This document shows positions 18,739 to 27,450 of a stretch of DNA of 60,650 nucleotides, one piece after another (position 1 is the first letter of the stretch; every line of letters starts with the position of its first letter). Origin of the DNA: Anaerolineales bacterium (lineage in GTDB: Bacteria; Chloroflexota; Anaerolineae; Anaerolineales; E44-bin32); the NCBI GenBank assembly GCA_041554155.1, contig JBFFMI010000002.1:1-60650 (forward strand). The letters are read 5' to 3'. The notes beneath the pieces are model-generated. The model saw only the letters and a list, made by a program, of their open reading frames with translations, was not told the DNA's origin and ran no database searches. Made by a program: the position numbers and the translations under genes.

Positions 18739-20109
18739 ATGAGTTCGCTGAGCCGGAGAATGGCTGAATTTGCACTCGGATTAAATTATGCGGACATACC
18801 ACAAACAGCCAGGGAAGAGGCTAAACGCTTCCTGCTCGATAGCCTTGGCTGCGCGCTTGCTGCAGTACAGAACGATGATATGCAGGCGATGTATCGCTTC
18901 ACACAAAAGTTAGGTGGGGTTGAACGGGCGACAATTATTGGAGTCGATTGGCGTACAAATGCGCCCAATGCGGCCTTGATGAATGGGTTGCTCATCCGAG
19001 CTCTGGATTACAACGATATTTACTGGGTTCAAGATCCCAGTCACCCATCTGACCTTTTGGGAACTGCGTTGGCAGCAGCTGAGGTGAATCGCTGCAGCGG
19101 CGAAGAGCTTATTACCGCAATCGTGCTTGCCTATGAACTGGAAATGCGCTGGTGTCATGCTGCGCATCCTGGTATTCGTGAAGTGGGTTGGCATCATGCC
19201 ACACTCACGCAATTCGTCAGCCCACTGGTGGCAGGAATACTTTACCGCCTTGATCTGGATCAAATGGTCGCTGCGATAGGGATCAGCGGCAGCAGCCATT
19301 TTACCCTTGGCGGGGTCGTTGCAGGGCATCTTACCAATATGAAGAATACCGCAGATCCCCTCGCTGCCCAGGCGGGTGTCTATGCAGCGCTGATGGCACG
19401 AGAAGGCTATAGCGGGCCAGTCGAAGTCCTGGAAGGCAAGGAAGGTTTATTTGAAGTGTTGAGCAATGTGCGCTGGGATGCCAATGAGCTTTTTAAAGGT
19501 CTTGGTGACGAGTTCCTGATCACGAACTGTTCCTATAAAGCATTCCCAACCGAAGCGCTCACCCACCAACCGATCAGTGCAGTGCTGCACCTACGGGAGA
19601 AGAACCAGATTGATCCCGATATGATCGAAGAGATACTGGTTGAAACTACCACGCGTGGGGCTGACATTCTCTCTGATCCCACCAAATACCAGCCTGATAC
19701 CAAGGAGACCGCTGACCACAGCCTGCCCTATGTCGTAGCGGCTGCAGCTGCAGATGGGCATGTCCTACCAGAGTCTTTTGACGAACAGAAACTATTCGAT
19801 CCGAAGATCCGTGCCCTGCTGCCCAAGATCAAGGTTGTGGCCGACAAGGAAATTGATAGCCTCTTTCCGAAGGTAAAACGGGCTCGCGTGAGGATAAGGA
19901 CAACCGACGGTCAGAATTACCAGCATCAGACCGATATCGCCAAAGGTGATCCGGCTGACCCCATGAGCGATGAAGACTTGGAGGCGAAATTCTTTGCTAA
20001 TGGCCGCAAAGTCCTCCCGGAAAGCCGCCTTGAATCCATCATACAGGCAACGAAAGAGCTAGAGACCGTGGCAGAAATCGAAGACTATATGGCTTTGCTC
20101 ACCAGTTAA
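18739..20109 (+). CDS. MmgE/PrpD family dehydratase (2-methylcitrate dehydratase-like)
   Basis: About 456 aa with family-typical N-terminal and C-terminal lobes (LLDSLGCALAA, YKAFPTE). The ATG at 18739 was preferred because it lies 9 nt after AGGAGG; the track start at 18730 abuts the SD. Confidence 0.82.
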   Translation: MSSLSRRMAEFALGLNYADIPQTAREEAKRFLLDSLGCALAAVQNDDMQAMYRFTQKLGGVERATIIGVDWRTNAPNAALMNGLLIRALDYNDIYWVQDPSHPSDLLGTALAAAEVNRCSGEELITAIVLAYELEMRWCHAAHPGIREVGWHHATLTQFVSPLVAGILYRLDLDQMVAAIGISGSSHFTLGGVVAGHLTNMKNTADPLAAQAGVYAALMAREGYSGPVEVLEGKEGLFEVLSNVRWDANELFKGLGDEFLITNCSYKAFPTEALTHQPISAVLHLREKNQIDPDMIEEILVETTTRGADILSDPTKYQPDTKETADHSLPYVVAAAAADGHVLPESFDEQKLFDPKIRALLPKIKVVADKEIDSLFPKVKRARVRIRTTDGQNYQHQTDIAKGDPADPMSDEDLEAKFFANGRKVLPESRLESIIQATKELETVAEIEDYMALLTS

Positions 20110-20131
20110 TGGTGCAGCTTTCCGTCCATTT

Positions 20132-20168
20132 AAAACCCGGTTGGTGAGCAGAACCCAACCGGGTTTTT
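20132..20168. terminator. bidirectional intrinsic terminator
   Basis: 10-bp stem ACCCGGTTGG/CCAACCGGGT with a 10-nt loop, an A-run upstream and T-run 20164-20168. It lies between convergent genes. Confidence 0.7.
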
Positions 20169-20223
20169 CATTTGTACCAGTGCGGGAGCGCATTGCTATG
20201 CGCATGTTCAAAAGGTAGGCCAC

Positions 20224-21405
20224 TCACCCAAAGATCCCGGATGGAGGCTCTCCCGTTTCCTCATCTTCGAGATCTGGAATCTCCGGTTCGAGAATTTTTG
20301 TATCCACTTGTTGTGTACGGGGGGATTCGGCAGGCGCAGATGCTCCCTTTGAACGCGACCTTCGGCTGATCCACCAAAGCAATAGGGCAAGCGCGATAAT
20401 TACCACGCTCTGCAGCCATAGGGGTCGTAATCCGGCGGTATATAAAGCCTCCAGAATATCGCGCACCAGGTCTTGAAAAATCGTTCCTGGAGCGACGCTC
20501 CCTGCCCAAGTCGATACGAGATCCTCCCGACCAACCCCTAATAACATCGCTAAAAAGAATGTGCCCACCCCACCCAGTAAGAGCGGAAGGCCCCACCAAC
20601 GTCCGAAGTCCCGCCAGTGTCGAATGGCAAACGCCATAATCAAGCCCAACAACGAGAGCGGCAGCATCCAACCCCAGAGTGTAATCGCCCGGTAGAACCT
20701 CAACTGCTCTTTTAGCGCAAGCATATCTTCAGGAGCAGCATCAGGCTCAATCAACGGGATCGTACCCGGGAGTAAGCGTACTTGTTCCTCAAAACCAATA
20801 GAGGCCAGATCTACCACGCGGCTTCTCATTGGTTCGGGGGGTTCACACAATTCCTGGGGCAGTACTCCACGCTCGAAAAACGATTGCTGCATCCTATCAA
20901 CTTGATCCGGCTTGCAGCTTGGCCAAGAATCGACGATGACATCCACAAAGGTGGTGATCCCACCACGGAGGAGCTTTGCCTTCAGGGGTGAAACCTCAAG
21001 AGCTAGTTGCGGGTAGGCTCGATCGTCATCAAGCCAATGGAAGAAATCCAGCAAGAGTTGTGCAAATTGGTTTTCCAGCCAGTCCTGCGGTAGTAAAGCC
21101 CTAAAAATCTCATCCCTCTCACCAGGCGATAGGTATTCAAAATACCTTCCAATCTCATCCTCACCATCGGATATCAAGCCAAAAAACTCACGGCTCAATT
21201 GATTTTCCTGGACAGCGTCTTCAAGCACAGGCGAAGATAAAATACTTTGCCGGAGCACTTCCGTAAGAATTGCAGGTCGAAACAACACCCGGCCAAAGGA
21301 GCGGGCTCCCAGCGCTAGCGGAATCGACAGGATAAGCACAATGGCCATGAGTACGGCAATTGCTTTCAAACCTGTCTCGAAGCACCCACGTCGATCCTGG
21401 CTCAT
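20224..21405 (-). CDS. hypothetical membrane protein (paralog of 34930-36072)
   Basis: 393 aa. N-terminal TM helix, a large acidic middle domain and C-terminal TM helices with RHWRDFGRWWGLPLLLGG. The start overlaps the EamA stop by 4 nt. Confidence 0.6.
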   Translation of the reverse strand: MSQDRRGCFETGLKAIAVLMAIVLILSIPLALGARSFGRVLFRPAILTEVLRQSILSSPVLEDAVQENQLSREFFGLISDGEDEIGRYFEYLSPGERDEIFRALLPQDWLENQFAQLLLDFFHWLDDDRAYPQLALEVSPLKAKLLRGGITTFVDVIVDSWPSCKPDQVDRMQQSFFERGVLPQELCEPPEPMRSRVVDLASIGFEEQVRLLPGTIPLIEPDAAPEDMLALKEQLRFYRAITLWGWMLPLSLLGLIMAFAIRHWRDFGRWWGLPLLLGGVGTFFLAMLLGVGREDLVSTWAGSVAPGTIFQDLVRDILEALYTAGLRPLWLQSVVIIALALLLWWISRRSRSKGASAPAESPRTQQVDTKILEPEIPDLEDEETGEPPSGIFG

Positions 21406-22313
21406 AGCTCCATTCCCTTTCGTTTTCTCGCCCTACTACCCGAAGCATATTGTTCATGTGCCGCTAGAAGCAAGCCAGCGCCTATTAGAGCGGCTCCAAT
21501 CCAGAAACCCAGGTCCAACGTCTCTCCCAGGAATACAGCCCCTAAACTGGCGCCTACGATCGGTTGCGCGAAGAACAATACTGAGACAATTCCTGCATCG
21601 ACTCTGGCCAGCGAGCTGTTCCACAGAAACATCGCCAGAGCCGTTGAGATAATACCCAGATAAAGCACCCCCAAGATGACAGGTGCATTGATAGCATGCC
21701 ACAGGATCAAATCCAGCTCAAATCCCCCGGCAGTCATACTCAGGGGAAGTCCACCCAGAAAGGCGAACAAGCTGATCTCAACTATCGATCCTTCGGTCGA
21801 TAGCATCTTGATTAGTACCGAATATAGACCCCAGCTCAGCGCCGCAGCCAATAGAATGGCGTTCCCCATGAGCTCTTCCCCGCCAATGAACAACTTCCTC
21901 GGGTCAACTACCGCCACCACCCCAAGACTTGCCAGTACCAGCGCCAGCAGTCGAGTCGCATTAACCCGTTCCTTCAGGATCCAGGCTCCAAACAGTAGGA
22001 TAAAGACAGGGGAAGCGGAAGTCACCAGCGCTGCATTCGAGGCGGTTGACAGCTTGGTGCCGGTAAATTGAAAACCCAATGAAATGCCATAACCCACAAA
22101 GCCGATGAGAAGCGCTTGAAGCCTCGCTCGTCTGGATAGCTTGCGCCTTTTGCGGGCCACCAGGATCGGGATCAGACTTAGCGCACCGAGCCACAATCGC
22201 AGGCTCAACAGCACAAAGGGAGGGATAATATCTAGCACAGCTTTACTAACAACATACATACCGCCCCAGATTCCCGCTGCTACGATCCCCGCAATAATGC
22301 CGTATACATCCAT
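21402..22313 (-). CDS. EamA/DMT family transporter
   Basis: 303 aa. Ten predicted hydrophobic helices with a duplicated EamA-like architecture. Confidence 0.82.
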   Translation of the reverse strand: MDVYGIIAGIVAAGIWGGMYVVSKAVLDIIPPFVLLSLRLWLGALSLIPILVARKRRKLSRRARLQALLIGFVGYGISLGFQFTGTKLSTASNAALVTSASPVFILLFGAWILKERVNATRLLALVLASLGVVAVVDPRKLFIGGEELMGNAILLAAALSWGLYSVLIKMLSTEGSIVEISLFAFLGGLPLSMTAGGFELDLILWHAINAPVILGVLYLGIISTALAMFLWNSSLARVDAGIVSVLFFAQPIVGASLGAVFLGETLDLGFWIGAALIGAGLLLAAHEQYASGSRARKRKGMEL

Positions 22314-22357
22314 GACTGCTCCCAGGCGGTGCTCATTATACGCAGATACAGGGATTC

Positions 22358-22390
22358 AAAAAGCGGAGATCGGTAAATTCCGATCTCCGC
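22358..22390 (-). terminator. intrinsic terminator after the OFOR beta gene
   Basis: 11-bp stem GCGGAGATCGG/CCGATCTCCGC with a 6-nt loop, followed on the minus strand by a U-run (A-run 22358-22362 on plus). Confidence 0.7.
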
Positions 22391-22411
22391 CATAATCTGT
22401 GCAATAGGAGA

Positions 22412-23461
22412 TTAGCGGAAGGACTGCATCAGCTCCAGCAGGCTCTCTTCCGACGGCCGCATTTGATCCTGCGTCAGACGTGCCAAAGGCGTCGAGACCA
22501 GGTTTTCGACCTCGTTCAGAGGAGGTTGCTCTTCGCTCAAGTAGATTAATCCTGTAACGAGAATACCCCCACAGCAGGTTTCCGCCAGCATATTCAAAGC
22601 CTCCATGCGATCCGTGGGGTCGTAATCTTGTTCAAGTTTTTTCAACACCAGCATGGAGCCATCATGCATTTCAACTTCGGCCAGCTTGCCTGGTTCCATC
22701 TCAATCATGATCTCTTCACGTTTTGGCACCCATGTCACATCGTGCAAGGGCGCTTCGAACTTCTTCCCCCAGGCATAGCTTTTGGTCGATTCATCTCGAT
22801 TGTTGAATGTAACGCAGGGGCTGATGATATCCAGCACTGCCGTACCCTTGAAACTTAGCGCAGCTTTGAGCAGCTCTTTCACCTGCTTGGGGTCGCCAGC
22901 GAAAGAGCGGGCGACAAAACCAGCGTTTGCAGTCAGCGCTTCCATGCAGATATCCACTGGCATGAAAGGATTAATACCAATTTTCTTCAGCTCCTGGTCT
23001 TTATCCGCTGTGGCCGAAAATTGCCCCTTCGTCAGACCATAGACCCCATTGTTCTCGACAATGTACACCATAGGGACATTGCGCCGGACCAGATGAATAA
23101 AATGGGAGAGACCGATACTGGCCGTATCACCATCGCCCGAAACCCCAATCGCTTTGAGTGAGGTGTTGGCCATCACTGCACCCGTCGAGGTCGTGGGCAT
23201 ACGCCCATGCAATGCGTTGAAACCATGCGAGCGGCTCATAAAGTATGCCGGACTCTTCGAAGAGCAGCCGATTCCCGACATCTTCACAATTCGCTCGGGA
23301 GGGATCGACATTTCGTACATGGCAGCGATAATCTGGCTTGAGATCGAATTGTGACCACAACCCTGGCAGAGCGTTGTTTCGCGCCCCTTGTAATCTGCCT
23401 TGGTTAACCCTACCGAGTTTTGGTTCGCGCTGCTGAGTTTATCTTTTACCTCCGTGCTCAT
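22412..23461 (-). CDS. 2-oxoacid:ferredoxin oxidoreductase beta subunit, two-subunit (KorB-like) type (set 2)
   Basis: 349 aa. CQGCGH and a GDGD...NNGVYGLTKGQ TPP motif. Confidence 0.88.
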   Translation of the reverse strand: MSTEVKDKLSSANQNSVGLTKADYKGRETTLCQGCGHNSISSQIIAAMYEMSIPPERIVKMSGIGCSSKSPAYFMSRSHGFNALHGRMPTTSTGAVMANTSLKAIGVSGDGDTASIGLSHFIHLVRRNVPMVYIVENNGVYGLTKGQFSATADKDQELKKIGINPFMPVDICMEALTANAGFVARSFAGDPKQVKELLKAALSFKGTAVLDIISPCVTFNNRDESTKSYAWGKKFEAPLHDVTWVPKREEIMIEMEPGKLAEVEMHDGSMLVLKKLEQDYDPTDRMEALNMLAETCCGGILVTGLIYLSEEQPPLNEVENLVSTPLARLTQDQMRPSEESLLELMQSFR

Positions 23462-23462
23462 C

Positions 23463-25295
23463 CTACCGTCCCTCCTGCTTCAAAACCGACACAGTGATCC
23501 AACGTGCGCTTAAAGGTAATCCATGGTTAAGGTTCAGCTTCGACAATTTCAGCGCATTTTCAGGAGCTGCCAGCTGCAGCAACTGGTACATCTGTCCATC
23601 TGTATTCATCTCGATCACATATGAGCGTTCATGCGCATCGATGAACTGTGGGACTTCATCGGAGAAGGGCACCGCCCGTATCCTCAGGTAATCTACGAGC
23701 ATGCCTTCATCTTTGAGCCTATCGATAGCTTCCACGATCGCCGGATCTGAGGAGCCAAACCCGATTAAACCAATCCTGGCACCATCTTGGGTCGAGATAA
23801 CCGGAGCTGGCAAATTTACCCGTGCCGTCTCGAGCTTTCGGGCAATCCTCTCCATATTTTCTACGTAATGTTCCGGCCTTTCACTGTAAACTGCCGCATC
23901 ATCGTGGCCGGTGCCACGCGTGAAATAAGCCGCCTTCGGGTGATCGGTCCCAGGCAGGGTGCGATACGCGATCCCATCACCATCAACATCCCGGTAGCGA
24001 GCAAATTCACCGATCTCGTCGAGATCCTCTGCGGATAGCATCTTTCCACGATCCATCGGCTCATCCGGGTAGCGAAACTGTGCCGACATCCATAAGTTCA
24101 TACCAAGATCGAGATCGCTAAGGACGAAGATTGGTGTCTGGTATCGTTCGGCCAAATCAAATGCCCGCCAACCAAACTCGAAGCACTCCTCCAGATTGCC
24201 AGGCAACAACATGATCTGCTGCGTGTCGCCATGCCCCAGGAAGCGAACGAAGAGCAGGTCCCCCTGAGAGGTACGCGTTGGCAACCCTGTGCTGGGTCCC
24301 ATCCTTTGCACGTCCCAGATGACAATTGGGATTTCGGCAAAGAAAGCAAGTCCAACGAATTCCGCCATCAACGATATGCCAGGCCCAGAAGTCGAGGTCA
24401 TGGCTCGTGCGCCAGCCCAGGCGGCACCCACGGTCATACCTGCCGCTGCAAGCTCATCTTCCGCCTGGATCACAGCGTAGGTCTGCTTGCCCTCCTCGTC
24501 ACGACGCAAGCGTGGAAGATATCCTTTCAAGGCATCAGAAAGACTGGAAGCAGGGGTGATGGGATACCAGGCTGTGAACGAGAGTCCACCATAAATTGCA
24601 CCTAATGCAGCTGCAGTGTTTCCGTCGAGCAGGATGAGATCATCGGTTTGATCACCTGCCTGCACGTAATAGTGGTCCTCTTTGACCAGATTCTCGGAGG
24701 CCCAGTTAGCCGCATCTTCAATAATCGACATATTCATGTTGATTGGCTTCTCACGACCCTTGAAGTGCGATTCGAGAGCGCCGCGGATGGCCTCGATCTC
24801 AATCCCGATCATCTGAGATACAACCCCGACATAGACCATATTGGACATATAATCACGTAGCTCGCGCGGCGGATCGTTGGCCTTGATAATCTCCCGGACT
24901 GGCATGGGATAGAAAACCACGTCGTCCCGTAAATCCGGTTTGGCAATATGATCGGGGTAAAAGCAAACACCACCCCCAACTAGACCTTCCAGATCTTCCA
25001 GGAAAGTTGCATGGTTCATGGCCACAAGGATCTCGGTCGTTTCGCGGCGGGCGGTGTAGCCCTCCTGGCTAGCACGGATCGTAAACCAGGTTGGGAGTCC
25101 CTGAATATTCGAAGGGAAAAGGTTTTTCCCACTTATCGGGATGCCCATGCTGAATAAAGCCCGGATGAGTGCCATGTTTGAGGTCTGGCTACCCGATCCA
25201 TTGACCGTCGCCACAACCATCGAGAAATCGTTAATAACGGCTTCGGGATCATCCTCAGGGTTTGACGCAACCAGGGTCAGCTGCTTTTCTGCCAT
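23463..25295 (-). CDS. 2-oxoacid:ferredoxin oxidoreductase alpha subunit, fused gamma-alpha (KorA-like) type (set 2)
   Basis: 610 aa. N-terminal gamma-like domain (GSGSQTSN), then WYPITPASS and TSGPGISLMAEF. Confidence 0.88.
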   Translation of the reverse strand: MAEKQLTLVASNPEDDPEAVINDFSMVVATVNGSGSQTSNMALIRALFSMGIPISGKNLFPSNIQGLPTWFTIRASQEGYTARRETTEILVAMNHATFLEDLEGLVGGGVCFYPDHIAKPDLRDDVVFYPMPVREIIKANDPPRELRDYMSNMVYVGVVSQMIGIEIEAIRGALESHFKGREKPINMNMSIIEDAANWASENLVKEDHYYVQAGDQTDDLILLDGNTAAALGAIYGGLSFTAWYPITPASSLSDALKGYLPRLRRDEEGKQTYAVIQAEDELAAAGMTVGAAWAGARAMTSTSGPGISLMAEFVGLAFFAEIPIVIWDVQRMGPSTGLPTRTSQGDLLFVRFLGHGDTQQIMLLPGNLEECFEFGWRAFDLAERYQTPIFVLSDLDLGMNLWMSAQFRYPDEPMDRGKMLSAEDLDEIGEFARYRDVDGDGIAYRTLPGTDHPKAAYFTRGTGHDDAAVYSERPEHYVENMERIARKLETARVNLPAPVISTQDGARIGLIGFGSSDPAIVEAIDRLKDEGMLVDYLRIRAVPFSDEVPQFIDAHERSYVIEMNTDGQMYQLLQLAAPENALKLSKLNLNHGLPLSARWITVSVLKQEGR

Positions 25296-25308
25296 GCACT
25301 ACTCTCCA

Positions 25309-26031
25309 TTATTCCGCAGTTTCTAAGTACGTACGTGTTTGCATCAATTCATCACTCAAACCCCGACTACCAGCAGGTCGTTTGGCGAGGATGCCAAAAT
25401 GGTTCACCAGCGCTTCAAATCCCTGGTCGTAATCTCCAGAAACGATCGCCCTCACCATCATCTCGTGCTGTGTCCAAACATCCTCTAGATATGAATAATC
25501 GGTGTACATGTTCAACCCGATGATTTCATAGGCGTCCCAATAGGCTTCAAGGAGGCCATGCACAAAAGTGTTATCTAGTCTTGAGAATATTGTGAGATGC
25601 AACTCACGATGCTCGGTATGGGGGATCTGGATCGGATTGCCGCGCAGCATTTTCCATGTCTTCTGGATCAACTGCTCTAACTTTTCCTTATCTTCCGAGG
25701 TAAGGGCATGCACTGCATCCTTCCAAAAACTCATTTCAAGATGCTCACGCAGGTCCTTGATCTCTTGAAAGCTCGCCAGGCCGGTTGAGAGCGCATAACG
25801 CATGCTTGTACGCAAACCTGGAAACAACGAATAGGGCTGCGTCTGAATCCCGGTGCGCGGTCGAATCTCAACCAGACCCAATGCCCGCGCCACTTCCATC
25901 TGCTCCCGCAGCTTGCTGATGCTGATCCCCAGCGTCTGGGACAGCTCTGTCAGGGGTGGAAGCTGAGAACCAGGCTCCCCTGCGTTCTCTGCCACGTAGC
26001 GTATAAAATCATTCTCAATTTGAATGCTCAT
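25309..26031 (-). CDS. GntR family (FadR/FCD subfamily) transcriptional regulator
   Basis: 240 aa. N-terminal winged HTH (LPPLTELSQTLGISISKLREQMEVARALGLVEIRPRTG) and a helical C-terminal domain. It lies 13 nt upstream of the KorA-like gene. Confidence 0.85.
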   Translation of the reverse strand: MSIQIENDFIRYVAENAGEPGSQLPPLTELSQTLGISISKLREQMEVARALGLVEIRPRTGIQTQPYSLFPGLRTSMRYALSTGLASFQEIKDLREHLEMSFWKDAVHALTSEDKEKLEQLIQKTWKMLRGNPIQIPHTEHRELHLTIFSRLDNTFVHGLLEAYWDAYEIIGLNMYTDYSYLEDVWTQHEMMVRAIVSGDYDQGFEALVNHFGILAKRPAGSRGLSDELMQTRTYLETAE

Positions 26032-26165
26032 CGCTCAACGCTTTCCTCATAATCATCAGATAATTATGATTGTTGGCAGTGTACCACTCGCAGATTCGAC
26101 TGTCAACGTGGCAAGTGCTACCTCCTACCCGTCGAGCTTTGGTAGAATGTCTCACTGGAGTCGTT

Positions 26166-26792
26166 ATGTTCAAATTCAGTCGCCTTTTCATCTTATTGAC
26201 CCTGGTCGCTGCGATTATCACATTGCCGCGCTGGGTTTTGAACCTGCATTATGCTGAGCGTATTAGCGATCCCGATGATGCACCTACCGGTCCTGTCGCT
26301 ATCGTCTTCGGTGCAGGATTACGCCGTGATGGCCGCCCCACAACCGTGCTCGCCGATCGAGTTCAGACGGCGGTGCTGCTTTTTCAACAGGGCAAAGTGG
26401 ACAGGCTGCTCTTGAGCGGGTCTACCCGCGGCGAAACGTACGATGAGACCAAGGCCATGTTTGAATATGCGATTTCGCTCGGCATGAATCAAGAGGATCT
26501 CTTGCTCGATCCACACGGGGACCGCACATTCCTCACATGCCGCAACGCCGTGGAAGCTCTCGGTATCGATCAAGCTATACTCGTCTCTCAGCGCTACCAT
26601 CTGCCGCGTGCTCTCGTCCTCTGCGAGAGCCTCGGATTGGAAGCCCAGGGCGTCGCCAGCGACCTGCATACCTATCGTGCACAATCCTTCTGGAACACAC
26701 GCGAATCCTTCGCGACCTTACGTGCTTTGTGGGATGCAGGTAAGTACAAGCTTGATTCTGTTTTCAATCCGCCTGCCCAACCACTTACATAG
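26166..26792 (+). CDS. DUF218/SanA-like (YdcF family) membrane-anchored protein
   Basis: Trimmed to the ATG at 26166 (MFKFSRLFILL...). N-terminal TM helix, then IVFGAGL...LLLSG...YE and VSQRYHLPRA motifs. Confidence 0.72.
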   Translation: MFKFSRLFILLTLVAAIITLPRWVLNLHYAERISDPDDAPTGPVAIVFGAGLRRDGRPTTVLADRVQTAVLLFQQGKVDRLLLSGSTRGETYDETKAMFEYAISLGMNQEDLLLDPHGDRTFLTCRNAVEALGIDQAILVSQRYHLPRALVLCESLGLEAQGVASDLHTYRAQSFWNTRESFATLRALWDAGKYKLDSVFNPPAQPLT

Positions 26793-26799
26793 ACTTCCT

Positions 26800-27351
26800 A
26801 TGGAACGTACTCGTGCCCTAAACCTCATGCAGGAATATGTTGCGAACGTTAACCTGCAGCGCCATATGCTGGCGGTTGAAGCAGCCATGCGCGATTATGC
26901 CCTCCGCTTCAATGAGGATCCGGATCTCTGGGGTCTGGCGGGAATACTCCATGATTTTGATTGGGAAATCCACCCGACACTTGAAAAACACCCCCAGGCT
27001 GGCGAGCCCATCCTGAGGGAACGAGGTGTTCCGGAAGTCGTCATCCGTTGCATCCTGAGCCATGCCGACCATACTGGGGTGCCTCGGGAGAGCATCATGG
27101 AAAAAGCACTCTATGCCTGTGATGAGATCACAGGGTTGATCACTGCGGTTGCGCTCGTACGTCCTTCACGATCGTTAGAAGACCTCAAGGTAAAGAGTGT
27201 GCGCAAAAAGTGGAAAGATGCCCGCTTCGCTGCTAACGTCAGCCGTGAGGAAATCGAGCACGCGGTTGATGAGCTGGGCATTGAGTTATGGGAACATGTC
27301 GCTAACGTCATTGTCTCGATGCAGGGCATCAGCTCCTCGCTGGGCTTGTAA
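26800..27351 (+). CDS. HD/HDIG domain phosphohydrolase
   Basis: Trimmed to the ATG at 26800 (MERTRALN...). Canonical H...HD pattern (LQRHMLAVE, GILHDFDWE). Confidence 0.75.
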   Translation: MERTRALNLMQEYVANVNLQRHMLAVEAAMRDYALRFNEDPDLWGLAGILHDFDWEIHPTLEKHPQAGEPILRERGVPEVVIRCILSHADHTGVPRESIMEKALYACDEITGLITAVALVRPSRSLEDLKVKSVRKKWKDARFAANVSREEIEHAVDELGIELWEHVANVIVSMQGISSSLGL

Positions 27352-27450
27352 GGAATCGGGTGCCCATACCCGCCCCGGCCCTGTGCTTCAAGCCGGTTAA
27401 AAGTGCTGGTATAATGCCAAATCCTCGAGGAGGGAAGTAGCTAAATTCCC

